This document shows positions 1 to 11,007 of a DNA stretch of 64,000 nucleotides, one piece after another; within the stretch, counting starts at the first letter, position 1; the number at the start of each line of letters is the position of its first letter. This stretch comes from a virus. Lineage: Duplodnaviria > Caudoviricetes. The position numbers were made by a program, and so were the translations under genes. The stretch spans positions 102,547 through 166,546 of the IMG/VR virus record IMGVR_UViG_3300021399_000106; one strand, written 5' to 3'. The notes beneath the pieces were generated by a model. It searched no databases. It had not been told where the DNA came from and saw only the letters and a list, made by a program, of their open reading frames with translations.

Positions 1-1
1 T

Positions 2-1843
2 TCTGTAGGAAACTATACCTTCCAAAGTTGTGGATCTCTAATTTCTATGAACTTACCTAGGGTTTCAAGTATTGGTATTAATGCGTTCTTCAATTGTATA
101 AATTTAAGTGAAATTAAGGCTACATATTTAAATTCATTAGGTCAATCGGCTTTAGCTGGATGTAGTAATCTGAAAAATATTGATGCTCTTACCATCGACA
201 ATATTGCTTATTTAGCTTTACTAAATTGCTCTAATTTAGAATCTATAAAAGCATGTTATATAGACCAATCAGCCATTTGGAATTGTACACATTTAAGTAA
301 TATTTATTTATTAACTGCTAGTAGTAATGCTATTAACATAGCAAATCAACTTAGTACTACACCAATAGGCAACTCAACCTATTTAGGATACTACGGAAGT
401 ATATATGTTCCAAGTTCAAGAGTATCAGTTTATCAAGCTAATTATGCATCTTACTCTGAGAGATTTACATCCTTACCATCAGAGATGGAAAATAACTACA
501 TACACGCATATCAATATGCCTTAAAAACTATATCTTTATCAGAAATTAAAACTGAAGCATCTTATATATTACGTTATGCATTTAATAATGCATCATTTGC
601 AGATTTTTCAGAATTAAATCTAAGTAACGTGAAATATATAGGTAGTTATGCATTCAGAAGTTGTTATAGTTTAACATCAATAAACTTACCAGAATGTGAA
701 CGTATAGAATATAGAGCATTTGAAAATTGTACCAATTTAGAGTATATATCATTACCAAAAGTTTACAGTATTGGTGATGCGGCATTCTACAATTGTAATA
801 AATTAAAAGTTTTATCATTACCTGAAATAACATATGGCGGCTCAATATTTACTAACTTATATTCATTAGAAGAACTATATGTAAGTAAGATAAGAGAGAT
901 ATCTGTTATTAATTTATCAAAATTAACTATTTTAGATGCTGCTGAAGCTTATTGGTGATGAGGACCTCAAAGTGCATCAATTAGATATTTAAATTTACCT
1001 AAACTATCTTATTTAAAAATAGGAAATTATAATCAAAGTAATGCTAATTTATGAGGAACTCAATTATCTACTACCATTGAATATTTAAATATTGGTGCCT
1101 CATATATAAGTCAACATTCATCAATTTTGGCAAGTAGAAGTTATGGATCAGTTATAATGTCAAATATATTAGATATTCCTTCGTATATGTTTAATAGTGC
1201 AACTATAAGTTATGCGGAATTTAATAAGGTTACTTCGTTAGGAGTAGCTGCATTTAGAGGTGCTTCAATAGGTCAACTTAGTTTACCTGAGTTACTTAAT
1301 GTTAGTGCTAATGGATTTGAGGGTGCTACCATTTTAGGTACATTAGATCTTCCTAAGGCTAGATATTTAGGAGCTTATGCATTATCTAATTTAAAATGTT
1401 CTGATATAAGTATGCCTCAGGTTTCAATGGTATCAAATTATGCATTATATAGAGTATCTGCATCTACATTAAAATTTAATGCCGTTATGTCTATGGGAAC
1501 ACATACTAATTATCAATTTGCAGGAGCATCAGTTAAATACTTTGTATTCAATAACAATATACAAACCTTCTATCAAGGTTATAATTTTGCAGATAATTCA
1601 GTTTTAGAAAAGGTTGTATTTAAAGGAAGTATATTAACTTGAGGAAATTGATATGGTTCAAATACAGTATTCCCTAATACACCAATAGCAAATTCAACTT
1701 ATCTAGGTTATTATGGAAGTGTATATGTTCCTCGTAGTTATTTAGATTCTTATAGAACAGGGGTTTTCAGTTATTATAGTAATCGTGTAACTGCAATTGA
1801 AGATCATGAAAGTGAGTTAAGAGAACTTGGATTAATTGATTAA
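2..1843 (+). CDS. BspA-like leucine-rich repeat protein (5' truncated by window; TGA=Trp)
   Basis: ORFs 47..958 and 1127..1642 are in one frame joined by TGA; xLPxxxxIGxxAFxxCxxL repeats; two 'TPIxNSTYLGYYGSxYVP' cap modules; ends TAA 1841-1843. Confidence 0.85.
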
Positions 1844-1850
1844 TAAAATA

Positions 1851-1860
1851 ATTGTATAAT
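1851..1860 (+). promoter_or_regulatory. ATTGTATAAT promoter-like motif upstream of GT2 gene
   Basis: Same motif that precedes the minus-strand transcription units; RBS GAAAGGA follows. Confidence 0.55.
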
Positions 1861-1887
1861 ATTAATATAAATTGAAAGGAAAATATT

Positions 1888-2886
1888 ATGAAATTACAAA
1901 TTTTAATACCACATTATAATGAACCATTTGAAATAATGAAACCAATGCTAGATAGCTTAGCAGTTCAACAGAATATTGATTTTGATGAATTAGGTGTAAT
2001 TATTACAAATGATGGTAATGAAAATGTTTTAGACGAAAAACTATTTGAGTCATATCCATTTAAAATTGAATATTATATAAATGAACATAAAGGTGTTTCA
2101 GCAACAAGAAATGCTTGTTTAGATAAAGCCAAAGCAGATTATGTAATGTTTGCTGACTGTGATGATATGTTCTATTCAGTTACTGGATTATGGACAATCT
2201 TTAATGAAATTGAAAATGGTGGATTTGAAACATTCATTTCAGTATTTGTTGAAGAAGGAAGACATCCTGACAGTGGAGAAGTATATTATCTATTTAGAGG
2301 AGATCCAAATAATGGTGGAATTGATTCCACATTTGTTCATGGAAAGGTTCATAATAGAAAATTCTTATTAAGAAATAAGATTAGATGGAATGATAGTTTA
2401 ACAATTCATGAAGATTCATTCTTTAATTGTTTATGTCAAAGATTAGCAGATCCAACAAAAGCTAAATTCTGTCCTATGCCATTCTATTTATGGAAATGGA
2501 ATGATAATAGTGTTTGTAGACATGATCCAAAATATATTTTAAAAACATATAATAATATGTTAGATAGTAATACAGCATTAGTATCAGAATTCCAAAAGCG
2601 TGGTAGATTACAAGATGCACAATTTTATTCAGTAAGTATGATATTTGATGCATACTATACAATGAATAAAGATGAATGGATTAACCAGGAAAATAAAGAA
2701 TATAGAGATAATACAGAAAAGAGATTTAAAAATTATTATTTACAATTTAAAGTATTATTTGATACCTGTCCTGAACAAACAAAGAATATGATAATTCAAG
2801 GAATTAGAACTAGAATGTTTGGAGAAGGTTTAGGATTAGAAAAGATTACCTTCGACCAATGGATTAAACATATCGAATCATTATAA
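1888..2886 (+). CDS. Glycosyltransferase family 2 (GT-A fold)
   Basis: ILIPHYNE, NDG, GVSATRNAC, FADCDD (DxD), HED motifs. Confidence 0.9.
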   Translation: MKLQILIPHYNEPFEIMKPMLDSLAVQQNIDFDELGVIITNDGNENVLDEKLFESYPFKIEYYINEHKGVSATRNACLDKAKADYVMFADCDDMFYSVTGLWTIFNEIENGGFETFISVFVEEGRHPDSGEVYYLFRGDPNNGGIDSTFVHGKVHNRKFLLRNKIRWNDSLTIHEDSFFNCLCQRLADPTKAKFCPMPFYLWKWNDNSVCRHDPKYILKTYNNMLDSNTALVSEFQKRGRLQDAQFYSVSMIFDAYYTMNKDEWINQENKEYRDNTEKRFKNYYLQFKVLFDTCPEQTKNMIIQGIRTRMFGEGLGLEKITFDQWIKHIESL

Positions 2887-2919
2887 AAAATAAAGCCTTA
2901 TAATAAGGCTTTTTATTTT
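2887..2919. terminator. Intrinsic terminator hairpin (probably bidirectional)
   Basis: AAAGCCTTA-TAA-TAAGGCTTT flanked by A and T tracts between convergent genes. Confidence 0.8.
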
Positions 2920-2984
2920 GTATTTCCTATCAAATTCCTTGTATTTTAAGGTTTTTATTAATTCATAATAAAAGTATAAACACA

Positions 2985-3016
2985 AAAATAAAAGAGGTTT
3001 AAAACCTCTTTTTTAT
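2985..3016. terminator. Intrinsic terminator hairpin after holA-like gene
   Basis: AAAAGAGGTTT-AAAACCTCTTTT inverted repeat with A/T tracts. Confidence 0.75.
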
Positions 3017-3895
3017 TTATATTAAATTACAAGTAATATATGATAATAAGTTATCTCTACTTAAATCTAAATTACCACTTTTAATTTTATAATCTATTCC
3101 TGTTAAAAATTCTATATTACTAATTAATTTATTTTCTGTAAACTTTGATGCTTGATTACTTCTTAAATACCAAACTTGTTTATCTGACATTTTTAATTCT
3201 TTAATATAACTTTGATTATTTGTTTTAACTGCTAATAATTGTTTAAATTTCTTTAATAATATTGTTACAACTGCTAATGGTTCAATATCAATTAATTCCA
3301 TTTCTTTCATCATACTAATAACTTTTTGCATATCATGTAATATTAAAGCATCGGTAAAATTAAATATATTTAAATCTGTTAAATCACAATATCCATTATC
3401 AGCATTTATTTGTCTAAATATTTCTTTTTGAGAACCTATTGGAAATGCCTCTATCTTTTTACATTCTTGATCTAATCTATAAATATCATAACCACATATT
3501 TGACATAACCATAATATTGTGTTATCATCTAATCCCTTTAATCTATATTTAACAAAGTCTTCAATTTGCCAATTTACAGGTTTAGCAACATCTATATAAT
3601 CAACCTCTAAATTATCAGGTAATTTTTTACACATAACAATTAGATTTTTAAATGATGAATCAGGATATTCTTTTAATTCATCAACATCAATAATATATAA
3701 ACTATCATCAACACCAAAAGCATCTTCTTCTGCCTCATATATTGAATTAATATATACTTTTTCTTTATTTCTAAGTTCTGCAATAGTATCTATATATTGT
3801 TTACATAAAAATTTATTATCAGCATATTTAAATATAATTAAATCATCATTTAAAGTTTTATCTTTTATTTTTTGTTTTAAAGCTTTTAATTCCAT
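3017..3895 (-). CDS. holA: DNA polymerase III delta subunit-like (clamp loader)
   Basis: Size; 'LDQECKKI', 'NIFNFTDAL', 'EPLAVVTIL', 'DYKIKSG' pattern; clustered with holB/dnaX-like genes. Confidence 0.7.
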   Translation of the reverse strand: MELKALKQKIKDKTLNDDLIIFKYADNKFLCKQYIDTIAELRNKEKVYINSIYEAEEDAFGVDDSLYIIDVDELKEYPDSSFKNLIVMCKKLPDNLEVDYIDVAKPVNWQIEDFVKYRLKGLDDNTILWLCQICGYDIYRLDQECKKIEAFPIGSQKEIFRQINADNGYCDLTDLNIFNFTDALILHDMQKVISMMKEMELIDIEPLAVVTILLKKFKQLLAVKTNNQSYIKELKMSDKQVWYLRSNQASKFTENKLISNIEFLTGIDYKIKSGNLDLSRDNLLSYITCNLI

Positions 3896-4689
3896 TATTT
3901 AGCCACCTTCCATAAATTAGATAAGAAGTTACTCATAAATAATTCTTTATTTAATCGCTTATCAACTAACTTTTTTCTAGATTCAATAGTATATAAATAA
4001 CATTTTAAACTTTTATTATTTTTATTACCTATAAAATCTGAATAATAACAATAAGTTAAACAATCAAAGAATAAATCTAAATCAAATTTATTATATTCAT
4101 CCTTATAATTAATTTTATCTGTAATAGTTAAAGTATTTAAATAACTAGCTTTATCTATTTTTGTAACAATAGTATTACATAAATTATACAAATCTTGAAC
4201 ATAACTATCTAAATTAGTTTCAATAATTTTTCCAGGACTTCTTACAATGTTTAATATTAAATCTTCATTATTACAATTCTTGGTAAATTCCTTTAATTCT
4301 TCTTTTGTATATTGTTCTAATTCAAATATAATACATCTATTTAAAATGGTGTTTAAAACGGTATTTTTATTGTCTACTAATAAAATTAAAAAAGAGGTAT
4401 TAATTGGTTCTTCAATTAATTTTAACATTGTATTGGATTCTTTTTCAGTGATTCCTGTGAAATCAATAACATATATTAAAGGATTAGGATTAAGATATAT
4501 TTGCTTAATAAAATCTGAATTTAAATCTTCAGTTATATCTACTACAGGTAAGTGTAATATATTATCTTTTATATAATTTACTAAGGTATGCTTTCCCATA
4601 CCTTTTTCCCCAATTAACATTGTAGATCTAGGAAAGTTATCAATAGTGTATTTATTAAGTTGTTGTAATAATTTTCTTTGACCTATCAT
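3895..4689 (-). CDS. holB: DNA polymerase III delta-prime subunit-like
   Basis: MIGQ start, GEKGMGKHT Walker A, NTMLKLIEEP, TILNRC. Confidence 0.8.
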   Translation of the reverse strand: MIGQRKLLQQLNKYTIDNFPRSTMLIGEKGMGKHTLVNYIKDNILHLPVVDITEDLNSDFIKQIYLNPNPLIYVIDFTGITEKESNTMLKLIEEPINTSFLILLVDNKNTVLNTILNRCIIFELEQYTKEELKEFTKNCNNEDLILNIVRSPGKIIETNLDSYVQDLYNLCNTIVTKIDKASYLNTLTITDKINYKDEYNKFDLDLFFDCLTYCYYSDFIGNKNNKSLKCYLYTIESRKKLVDKRLNKELFMSNFLSNLWKVAK

Positions 4690-4697
4690 TTAATCAC

Positions 4698-5390
4698 CTA
4701 CTTATTTCTTGGATCTGAGGCATATTGATTCCATTTTTTATCTTCTTCTAATTCCTTATAAAATTGCTCCTTGGCTTCCTTTATTATTTCAGCCTTAGTT
4801 TGACGCTTTTTTCTAGTTTTAGGTTTGGTATCATTATATACTTTTTCAATATCACTTGCAACAATCTTCAAATTCTCTAAAGACTCTAAATTATCATGAT
4901 TATTAAATGTTTTCATTGTTGCATTAGTTACTTCAGGATTAAAATTAACTTTATATTGTCCATTTTCACCTTCAATTAGTTCTATTTCATCATCAGTATC
5001 TACATCATCTGACTTCAATTCAGCCATTAAATCATTTAAATAACTTTTATTATATTCATCAACTTTCTTATACATTTCAGTTAATTCTTGTTTCTTTTCT
5101 TCTTCACTTTTTAAATATAACCAATTAAATTCAGTAATTAATCTTGGGTCTAAACATCCATTAACAATCGCTACTAATTGATCAATTGTAATATCGCCTG
5201 ACTTCAACATATAAACATTTTTACAAACGTTTAAAAACATTTCCTGTAAATTAGTTAATTTAAAATTTAAAGAATCAATAATTTTTTGCTTCTCTGCCTT
5301 AATTTCATTTACTTTACTTTGAGAATAATCATCAGCAGCCTTAATTAAATCACCATATTTTTCTTCATATAAATCGCCAACAATACTCAT
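4698..5390 (-). CDS. Hypothetical protein
   Basis: Open 230-aa ORF tightly packed in operon. Confidence 0.7.
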   Translation of the reverse strand: MSIVGDLYEEKYGDLIKAADDYSQSKVNEIKAEKQKIIDSLNFKLTNLQEMFLNVCKNVYMLKSGDITIDQLVAIVNGCLDPRLITEFNWLYLKSEEEKKQELTEMYKKVDEYNKSYLNDLMAELKSDDVDTDDEIELIEGENGQYKVNFNPEVTNATMKTFNNHDNLESLENLKIVASDIEKVYNDTKPKTRKKRQTKAEIIKEAKEQFYKELEEDKKWNQYASDPRNK

Positions 5391-5391
5391 A

Positions 5392-6411
5392 TTAGATACC
5401 CCTACTTATTGCTATAAACATAGCTTCAATTGTTGTTTTTGAGTTAACATCATATTTAATTGCATTTTTAATATCTAATACTTTACCAATTAATTTATTA
5501 GTCCAATCTAAAATATTTGGTATACTTGAATAACCTTTACATCTATTATCTAAATTTGCTGGAATTTTAACATAACTAATATCATTATATAAACAATACT
5601 TAGCTAAATCTAATGCAAAATCTAAATATTGGTCAACAAATAATTTTAAATCTCTTCCTTGATTGAAATAGCTATTAATTGTAGTTAAAACATTACCTTC
5701 ATCTTGGTTTAATAAATCACCTGTTAGATTGAAGAATGAATCATAACTGAAGTCACCTAATGCTTCTAATACATTATTGATGCTTAAATCTGTATTAAAT
5801 AGTGAAGCTTTCTCAAGTGCGACAATGCCATCACGCATTCCACCTTGACATAATTTAGAAATATAATCACAAGCATCGCTATAATTTGTAAATCCTTCTT
5901 TTTCACAAATATATTCTAATCTTTGTTTAATTAATTTTGAATCTATTTTAGACAGGTTGAATTTAATCACACGATTTACGATTGTTGCAGGCATTTTTTC
6001 AGGATTTGTAGTACAGAACATAAAAATACTATACTTAGGTGGTTCCTCAATTGTTTTTAAGAAGGCATTTCAACCTGCTGTTGTTATCATATGACATTCA
6101 TCTATAATAAATATCTTATATTCAGCGCCATCAATACATCTACTATTAGCTTCTTCAATAATATTTCTGATATTATCAACACCATTATTAGAAGCACCAT
6201 CAATCTCAATTATTTCGCCTCTACCTTCGTTAATTTCATTTCCAAATATTCTTGCAATAGTTGTTTTACCACAGCCAGAAGGTCCACAGAAAGCATAACA
6301 ATTAGTGTATTGTTTCTTTTGTAACTGTTGTTTTAGTATTGTAATAATTGATTGTTGGCTTACGCACTCCTCAAATGTTTTAGGTCTATATTTTACACTT
6401 AAAGATTCCAT
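5392..6411 (-). CDS. dnaX: DNA polymerase III gamma/tau-like clamp loader ATPase (TGA=Trp at 6070-6072)
   Basis: KYRPKTF, GPSGCGKTT, EIDGASNNGVDNIR, IIDECHMITTAG-W-NAFLKTIEEPP, GGMRD. Confidence 0.92.
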
Positions 6412-6442
6412 TTAATCAACTCCTTAATAATATAATTATACA

Positions 6443-6799
6443 TTATAATTTTTGTAATACTTGAATATCATCTAAAGATACTCAACCATTTCAAAAGTTA
6501 TATGTATCCTTTTTATTTAAAACATCGTATCCAATAGCTGTAACTTGAATCATCTTGGAAACAATATTATTTATTTCACATTTAAGATATCTATCTTTTG
6601 GCATAAATCCTTTATTTCAATTTTCTTTTAATGTGTTATTATAGAAAAATGAATCATTTAAATATATTAAATATGCCTTGTTAATTTCGATTTTAATGGT
6701 TTTTTTCTGAGGTATTATATAAGTGTTGGTTTTCGGATCAAAATTGCTTAAATCAGCAATTTCAACCTTTTCCAACTGTTTTTTAATTAAGTCATTCAC
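6443..6799 (-). CDS. Hypothetical protein (TGA=Trp)
   Basis: ORF 6617..6799 continues through TGA codons to TAA at 6443-6445. Confidence 0.65.
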
Positions 6800-7458
6800 T
6801 ATTTAACAATTCCTTCTTCTAAGTAAGTTGCAGCGAAATCTGCAAGGTGTAATAAAACTGCTAATGGATATTTATTACAGATTTGACTCTGGTCAATATT
6901 AGTATTTCCATTACCTGTATTCATGTGATGATTCATAATAGCAACTGTTTCATCATGATTTAAAGGAATGAATCTACTAAGTAATAGTACAGAATTTTCC
7001 TCATGAGTTCCAGCTAGGAATCTATCCTCAGGTTCTCTTACAGTCCAACCTTCAACTGAAACCCATTCATACTTACCTAAGTTATCATGTTTAGAACCTT
7101 GTTCATTATATATTTTCTTGTTCATTATTGTTTTTTCATAAAAATTAATCTTTGAAATATCATGAAATAATCCACAAACAAGTAAGCTATTTTCATCAAT
7201 AGGTCCTGTTATATGTTTATATTGTTCATATAAATTAACTAATGAATAATAAACATTTAAACTGTGTTGGCAAAGACCTCCATCATAATTTGAATGATAT
7301 TTAGTAGATGCAGGAGCAAAGAAGAAATCAGAATTTTGTAAATATCCAATTAATGCTTCCTTATCTACTCCTTCAATTGTTATCTTGTTAACTAAGTTTA
7401 TAAATGTAAGTCTATTTTCTTCAATTTCATTTGCAGTTAGTTTTTTTGCGTTTAACAT
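6799..7458 (-). CDS. HD-domain phosphohydrolase
   Basis: APASTKYH...GGLCQHSLNV...LFHDISK...HH...LHLAD motifs. Confidence 0.85.
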   Translation of the reverse strand: MLNAKKLTANEIEENRLTFINLVNKITIEGVDKEALIGYLQNSDFFFAPASTKYHSNYDGGLCQHSLNVYYSLVNLYEQYKHITGPIDENSLLVCGLFHDISKINFYEKTIMNKKIYNEQGSKHDNLGKYEWVSVEGWTVREPEDRFLAGTHEENSVLLLSRFIPLNHDETVAIMNHHMNTGNGNTNIDQSQICNKYPLAVLLHLADFAATYLEEGIVK

Positions 7459-7871
7459 TATTTAATCTCCTTTTTCATATTATCTTCTCAACTATATAAT
7501 CTAAGTATAGCATCATGAATAAATCCTTGTATCCATTTTTCGGATTCCGATCTATCTCCTCCACCTACAAGATAAATCAATAAAATTCTACCTTTATAGG
7601 TTAACTTGATATCCTCTCATCCTGCATTATCAAACCATCTTAATTCGGCACCATAGATGCCATCTTTTTTCAATTCAGGAAAGGTAGTTATAATATCTAA
7701 TTTTCTATCAATTATATATTTCATATCTTCTTTATAATTGGTGTTATAGGAACCAAAACTTATTTCTTCACCATCATAAACAGTATAAAATTGTTGACCA
7801 TAATCATCCATATAGAAATCAACATGTTTGCCTCTATAATCTAAGGTATCAACTATATCTTTATCTGGCAT
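7458..7871 (-). CDS. Hypothetical protein (TGA=Trp)
   Basis: ORF 7617..7871 extends through TGA to TAA overlapping next ATG (TAATG). Confidence 0.7.
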
Positions 7872-7872
7872 A

Positions 7873-8109
7873 TTATTTGTCCTTTCCCATTACTCTATGT
7901 TTACCTTCTAAAGCTGAACCTTTTTTACGACAAGATATTTGAATAACATTGTTATCAATACCTAACATACAATCATCTATTTCATATTCATTAAATCTAT
8001 CTGTAAAACATATTTCAACTTCTGGTAAAGCACTAGGATTTAATTTTTCAAATGGTTTACATAATTTATCAATAAATTTTTTCAATTGTAATAGTTTAGT
8101 TATTTCCAT
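7873..8109 (-). CDS. Hypothetical protein
   Basis: ORF packed in operon. Confidence 0.6.
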   Translation of the reverse strand: MEITKLLQLKKFIDKLCKPFEKLNPSALPEVEICFTDRFNEYEIDDCMLGIDNNVIQISCRKKGSALEGKHRVMGKDK

Positions 8110-8114
8110 TTTAA

Positions 8115-8588
8115 CTAATCCTCACTTTCTTGTAATTTTTCTTTTGGGTTTTCATATTTATCCCCAATAACAACTTCCTCTAAATAAATTCTATCTTCAA
8201 ACTTACCATTAGTGAAAGCCTTATAATTTCTTGCATTACCTAAAGTTGTTTCAGTTTCCCCATGAGTTTTAGCTAAGGCAAAAATAACTTCTAAAATATC
8301 AGCTAATTCTTTAACATCATCACTTTCAAGATATTCTAAAACTTCTTCACATAATTTATTTTTTAATGCATTTCTGTATTCTACATCATCTAATTTTCTG
8401 TATTTAATAGCAGTTCCTGATGGATTATTTTTTAAAATTATGTTAGGAATATTATCTCTAACTAATTTTGGATATTGACCAAAAGGATTTTTATTAGTTT
8501 TTAAATATTCCAATGCTTTATCGAGAGCCTTATCTAATTCAGGATCTATTTTTATATTTTTTAGAATTGGATTTTCAATATTACTCAT
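8115..8588 (-). CDS. MazG-like / PRA-PH-like nucleoside triphosphate pyrophosphohydrolase
   Basis: KLVRDNIP, KLCEEVLEY, ELADILEV, GKFEDRIYL motifs. Confidence 0.85.
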   Translation of the reverse strand: MSNIENPILKNIKIDPELDKALDKALEYLKTNKNPFGQYPKLVRDNIPNIILKNNPSGTAIKYRKLDDVEYRNALKNKLCEEVLEYLESDDVKELADILEVIFALAKTHGETETTLGNARNYKAFTNGKFEDRIYLEEVVIGDKYENPKEKLQESED

Positions 8589-8847
8589 TATTTTGTAAAC
8601 CTCCATACTTAGCAATTAATGTTTTAATGTAATCGGAGACTTCTTTTTTACCTATATAATCTGAATAATAACTATCAGGACATGTAGGATCACAATTTAA
8701 AGCTAACATTAAATCTAATTTTTGAAATTCTTCATTGGTTAATTTATCTTTAATCTGTTTTAAGGACCTTTGTGCCTTCCAGTAGGTTCTATGACACCAA
8801 GCGTCATTATTTATCTGATTTAAGGTAGTAATTAAATTTGATTTCAT
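8581..8847 (-). CDS. Hypothetical protein
   Basis: ORF with AGGAG RBS. Confidence 0.65.
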   Translation of the reverse strand: MKSNLITTLNQINNDAWCHRTYWKAQRSLKQIKDKLTNEEFQKLDLMLALNCDPTCPDSYYSDYIGKKEVSDYIKTLIAKYGGLQNNE

Positions 8848-8871
8848 AATTATATCTCCTTATTTTATTTA

Positions 8872-9048
8872 TTAATTATACAATATAAAATATTTATCAT
8901 AATCTAATTTACCATTCATAAATTTTTGAAATTCAATGCTATAGTCAAGTATTTCAGGAAAATAGAATATGAGAGGTAAGCTAAATCTTTCATATTTTTT
9001 ACTTTGATTTATTATACGTTTTATAATTCTTTCTTTTCTCTTTTCCAT
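8872..9048 (-). CDS. Small hypothetical protein (58 aa, MEKRKERIIKR...)
   Basis: ATG 2 nt after cca stop; open to TAA; below ORF-track cut-off. Confidence 0.4.
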   Translation of the reverse strand: MEKRKERIIKRIINQSKKYERFSLPLIFYFPEILDYSIEFQKFMNGKLDYDKYFILYN

Positions 9049-9050
9049 AA

Positions 9051-10367
9051 TTATACCTTATTAATTATTTCAGATTTAACTTTTTCAATAAGAATTTCCT
9101 TATTATTTTCTATCTTGCCTTCAATAATATCATTTAGATATCCTTCTAAAATATTTTTGATTATAGGTCCAGGTTCTAATCCTAATTCAATTAAATCATT
9201 ACCATTAATTGCTAATTGTTTTAATGAATAACAACCATTACGAACTATATCTTCTAAATCATTACGTAGTTTAGTAGCTTTATATTCACTGATATTACCA
9301 ATAACCCGAGACATTATTATAGAGGAAACCATAACATAATAACAATAATCTTTACTGTCATTATGTTTTAATTCATGTAATGCTTTTGTAATTATATATC
9401 TATCAACATCTTCATGGCTTAATTGTAAATATTGATATTTACCACCAATAATTTCACTATTTTCAGTAACTGTTCTACAAATATCATTTATATAATCTTT
9501 ATCTTCATTAGATAATATTAAATAGTTAAATAATAAATGTCTTGATTCAATTCTATTAAATAGTAAACAATATGATAATATATAATCTCTATTAAATAGA
9601 GGATCACTATTAAATATTCTGGATATTAAATTCATACTGTAAAGATGCGTATCATTTAAAGGTAATACTTGTTTAAGAATATTATAAGCTAATACATTAT
9701 TTAATATTCTAGCAAATCCTTTTCCACAAACTAATTTATTTAATTCTGTAGTTTTACGTTCCTTTGCAATGGTAAATAAATTATTTTTTAATTCCTCTGC
9801 GGCTAATAGAGTATTATTTTCAACTTCAAAATCTAATACTGAAGCAAATCTAAGCATTCTTAAAATTCTTAAAGCGTCTTCATCAAATCTATAATATGGA
9901 TTTCCAACAGTTTTAATAATTTTATTTTCTAAATCAGTTATACCGCCAAAATAATCTATAATATATTTACCATCATATACTAAGGCATTAATAGTAAAAT
10001 CTCTTCTAGATAAATCTTCTTGAAGATTAGTTGTAAATGTAACTTCATCTGGATGTCTATGGTCAGTATATTCTCCATCTAAACGATATGTTGTAATTTC
10101 ATAATTTTCCTTCTTATATCTAACAGTTACGGTTCCGTGCTTTTCACCATTATTATTAATTAATGTATAATCTTTATTTTTAAATACCTCTTTAATTTGT
10201 TCCGGAGTGGCATTTGTAGTAATGTCATAGTCCTTAGGAGTTTTATTTAATAATAAATCTCTTACACATCCACCTACAATATATGCTTCATATTTAGTAT
10301 GTAATTTGTTTAATAAGTTTTTAACTGCCTCTGGAATATTAAAATCATATTTATATTTTCCTACCAT
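9051..10367 (-). CDS. cca: CCA-adding tRNA nucleotidyltransferase (class II; poly(A) polymerase family)
   Basis: VGGCVRD, DYDITT, EITTYR, RRDFTINAL, EDALRILR, C-terminal LAINGNDL..LG..PGP. Confidence 0.9.
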   Translation of the reverse strand: MVGKYKYDFNIPEAVKNLLNKLHTKYEAYIVGGCVRDLLLNKTPKDYDITTNATPEQIKEVFKNKDYTLINNNGEKHGTVTVRYKKENYEITTYRLDGEYTDHRHPDEVTFTTNLQEDLSRRDFTINALVYDGKYIIDYFGGITDLENKIIKTVGNPYYRFDEDALRILRMLRFASVLDFEVENNTLLAAEELKNNLFTIAKERKTTELNKLVCGKGFARILNNVLAYNILKQVLPLNDTHLYSMNLISRIFNSDPLFNRDYILSYCLLFNRIESRHLLFNYLILSNEDKDYINDICRTVTENSEIIGGKYQYLQLSHEDVDRYIITKALHELKHNDSKDYCYYVMVSSIIMSRVIGNISEYKATKLRNDLEDIVRNGCYSLKQLAINGNDLIELGLEPGPIIKNILEGYLNDIIEGKIENNKEILIEKVKSEIINKV

Positions 10368-10387
10368 ATTATCACCTCATATATTAA

Positions 10388-10421
10388 TAATACAATAAAA
10401 AGCGCCTTTAACAAGCGCTTT
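10388..10421 (-). promoter_or_regulatory. Terminator hairpin fused to ATTGTATTA promoter motif upstream of cca
   Basis: Minus strand: AAAGCGC-loop-GCGCTTTTT then ATTGTATTATTAATAT and GAGGTG RBS. Confidence 0.65.
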
Positions 10422-10436
10422 CTACAAAATTATTTT

Positions 10437-10523
10437 TTATTTTATTAGCATAGCTGCAATTAAAAATGATAATGTAACTAATGTTAAACTATATAAAATT
10501 AGACTATTTATTAACTTAAACAT
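10437..10523 (-). CDS. Putative 28-aa single-TM peptide (MFKLINSLILYSLTLVTLSFLIAAMLIK)
   Basis: ATG overlaps end of upstream gene; entirely hydrophobic; fills gap before hairpin. Confidence 0.35.
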   Translation of the reverse strand: MFKLINSLILYSLTLVTLSFLIAAMLIK

Positions 10524-10719
10524 GTGTTTTATCCTCGATTTCTTCAGGTGCGAATTTGGAAACAAGTGCAATAGCAATAATAGTTATAAAATGAATTGAG
10601 TATAATATTAACCAATACCAACTATTAAGAACTAAACTTAAGATTACAGGTAATGCTACTAAGCTAATACTAATAAATATAATTAAAAACATACACAGTA
10701 TAGAAAGTAATTTTCTCAT
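10516..10719 (-). CDS. Small two-TM membrane protein
   Basis: Two hydrophobic stretches; TAATG coupling. Confidence 0.6.
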   Translation of the reverse strand: MRKLLSILCMFLIIFISISLVALPVILSLVLNSWYWLILYSIHFITIIAIALVSKFAPEEIEDKTHV

Positions 10720-10970
10720 TATTTTTCTCCGTTTATTATGTCTTTTACTTTAACAAAGGATTCGGCACAAACTGTTGATAGTCTCCTATATCTACAAATT
10801 ACCTCTTCAATAAGTTCTAAACAGTCAACCATTTCATCAGCGTCTTTACAGTCAATTTCGTTTTCACTATCAATTCCAAATTTCAAATTACCTTCATTTT
10901 GATTTAAACATAAGGTATGATTTATTTTTTCGTATGCATAATCAAGTATATCTATATAATCTTTTTTCAT
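10719..10970 (-). CDS. Hypothetical protein
   Basis: GGAGG RBS before ATG 10970; promoter motif at 10990-10998. Confidence 0.65.
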   Translation of the reverse strand: MKKDYIDILDYAYEKINHTLCLNQNEGNLKFGIDSENEIDCKDADEMVDCLELIEEVICRYRRLSTVCAESFVKVKDIINGEK

Positions 10971-11007
10971 ATTAACCTCCATTTATTAAATATACAATTT
11001 ATTCTTA

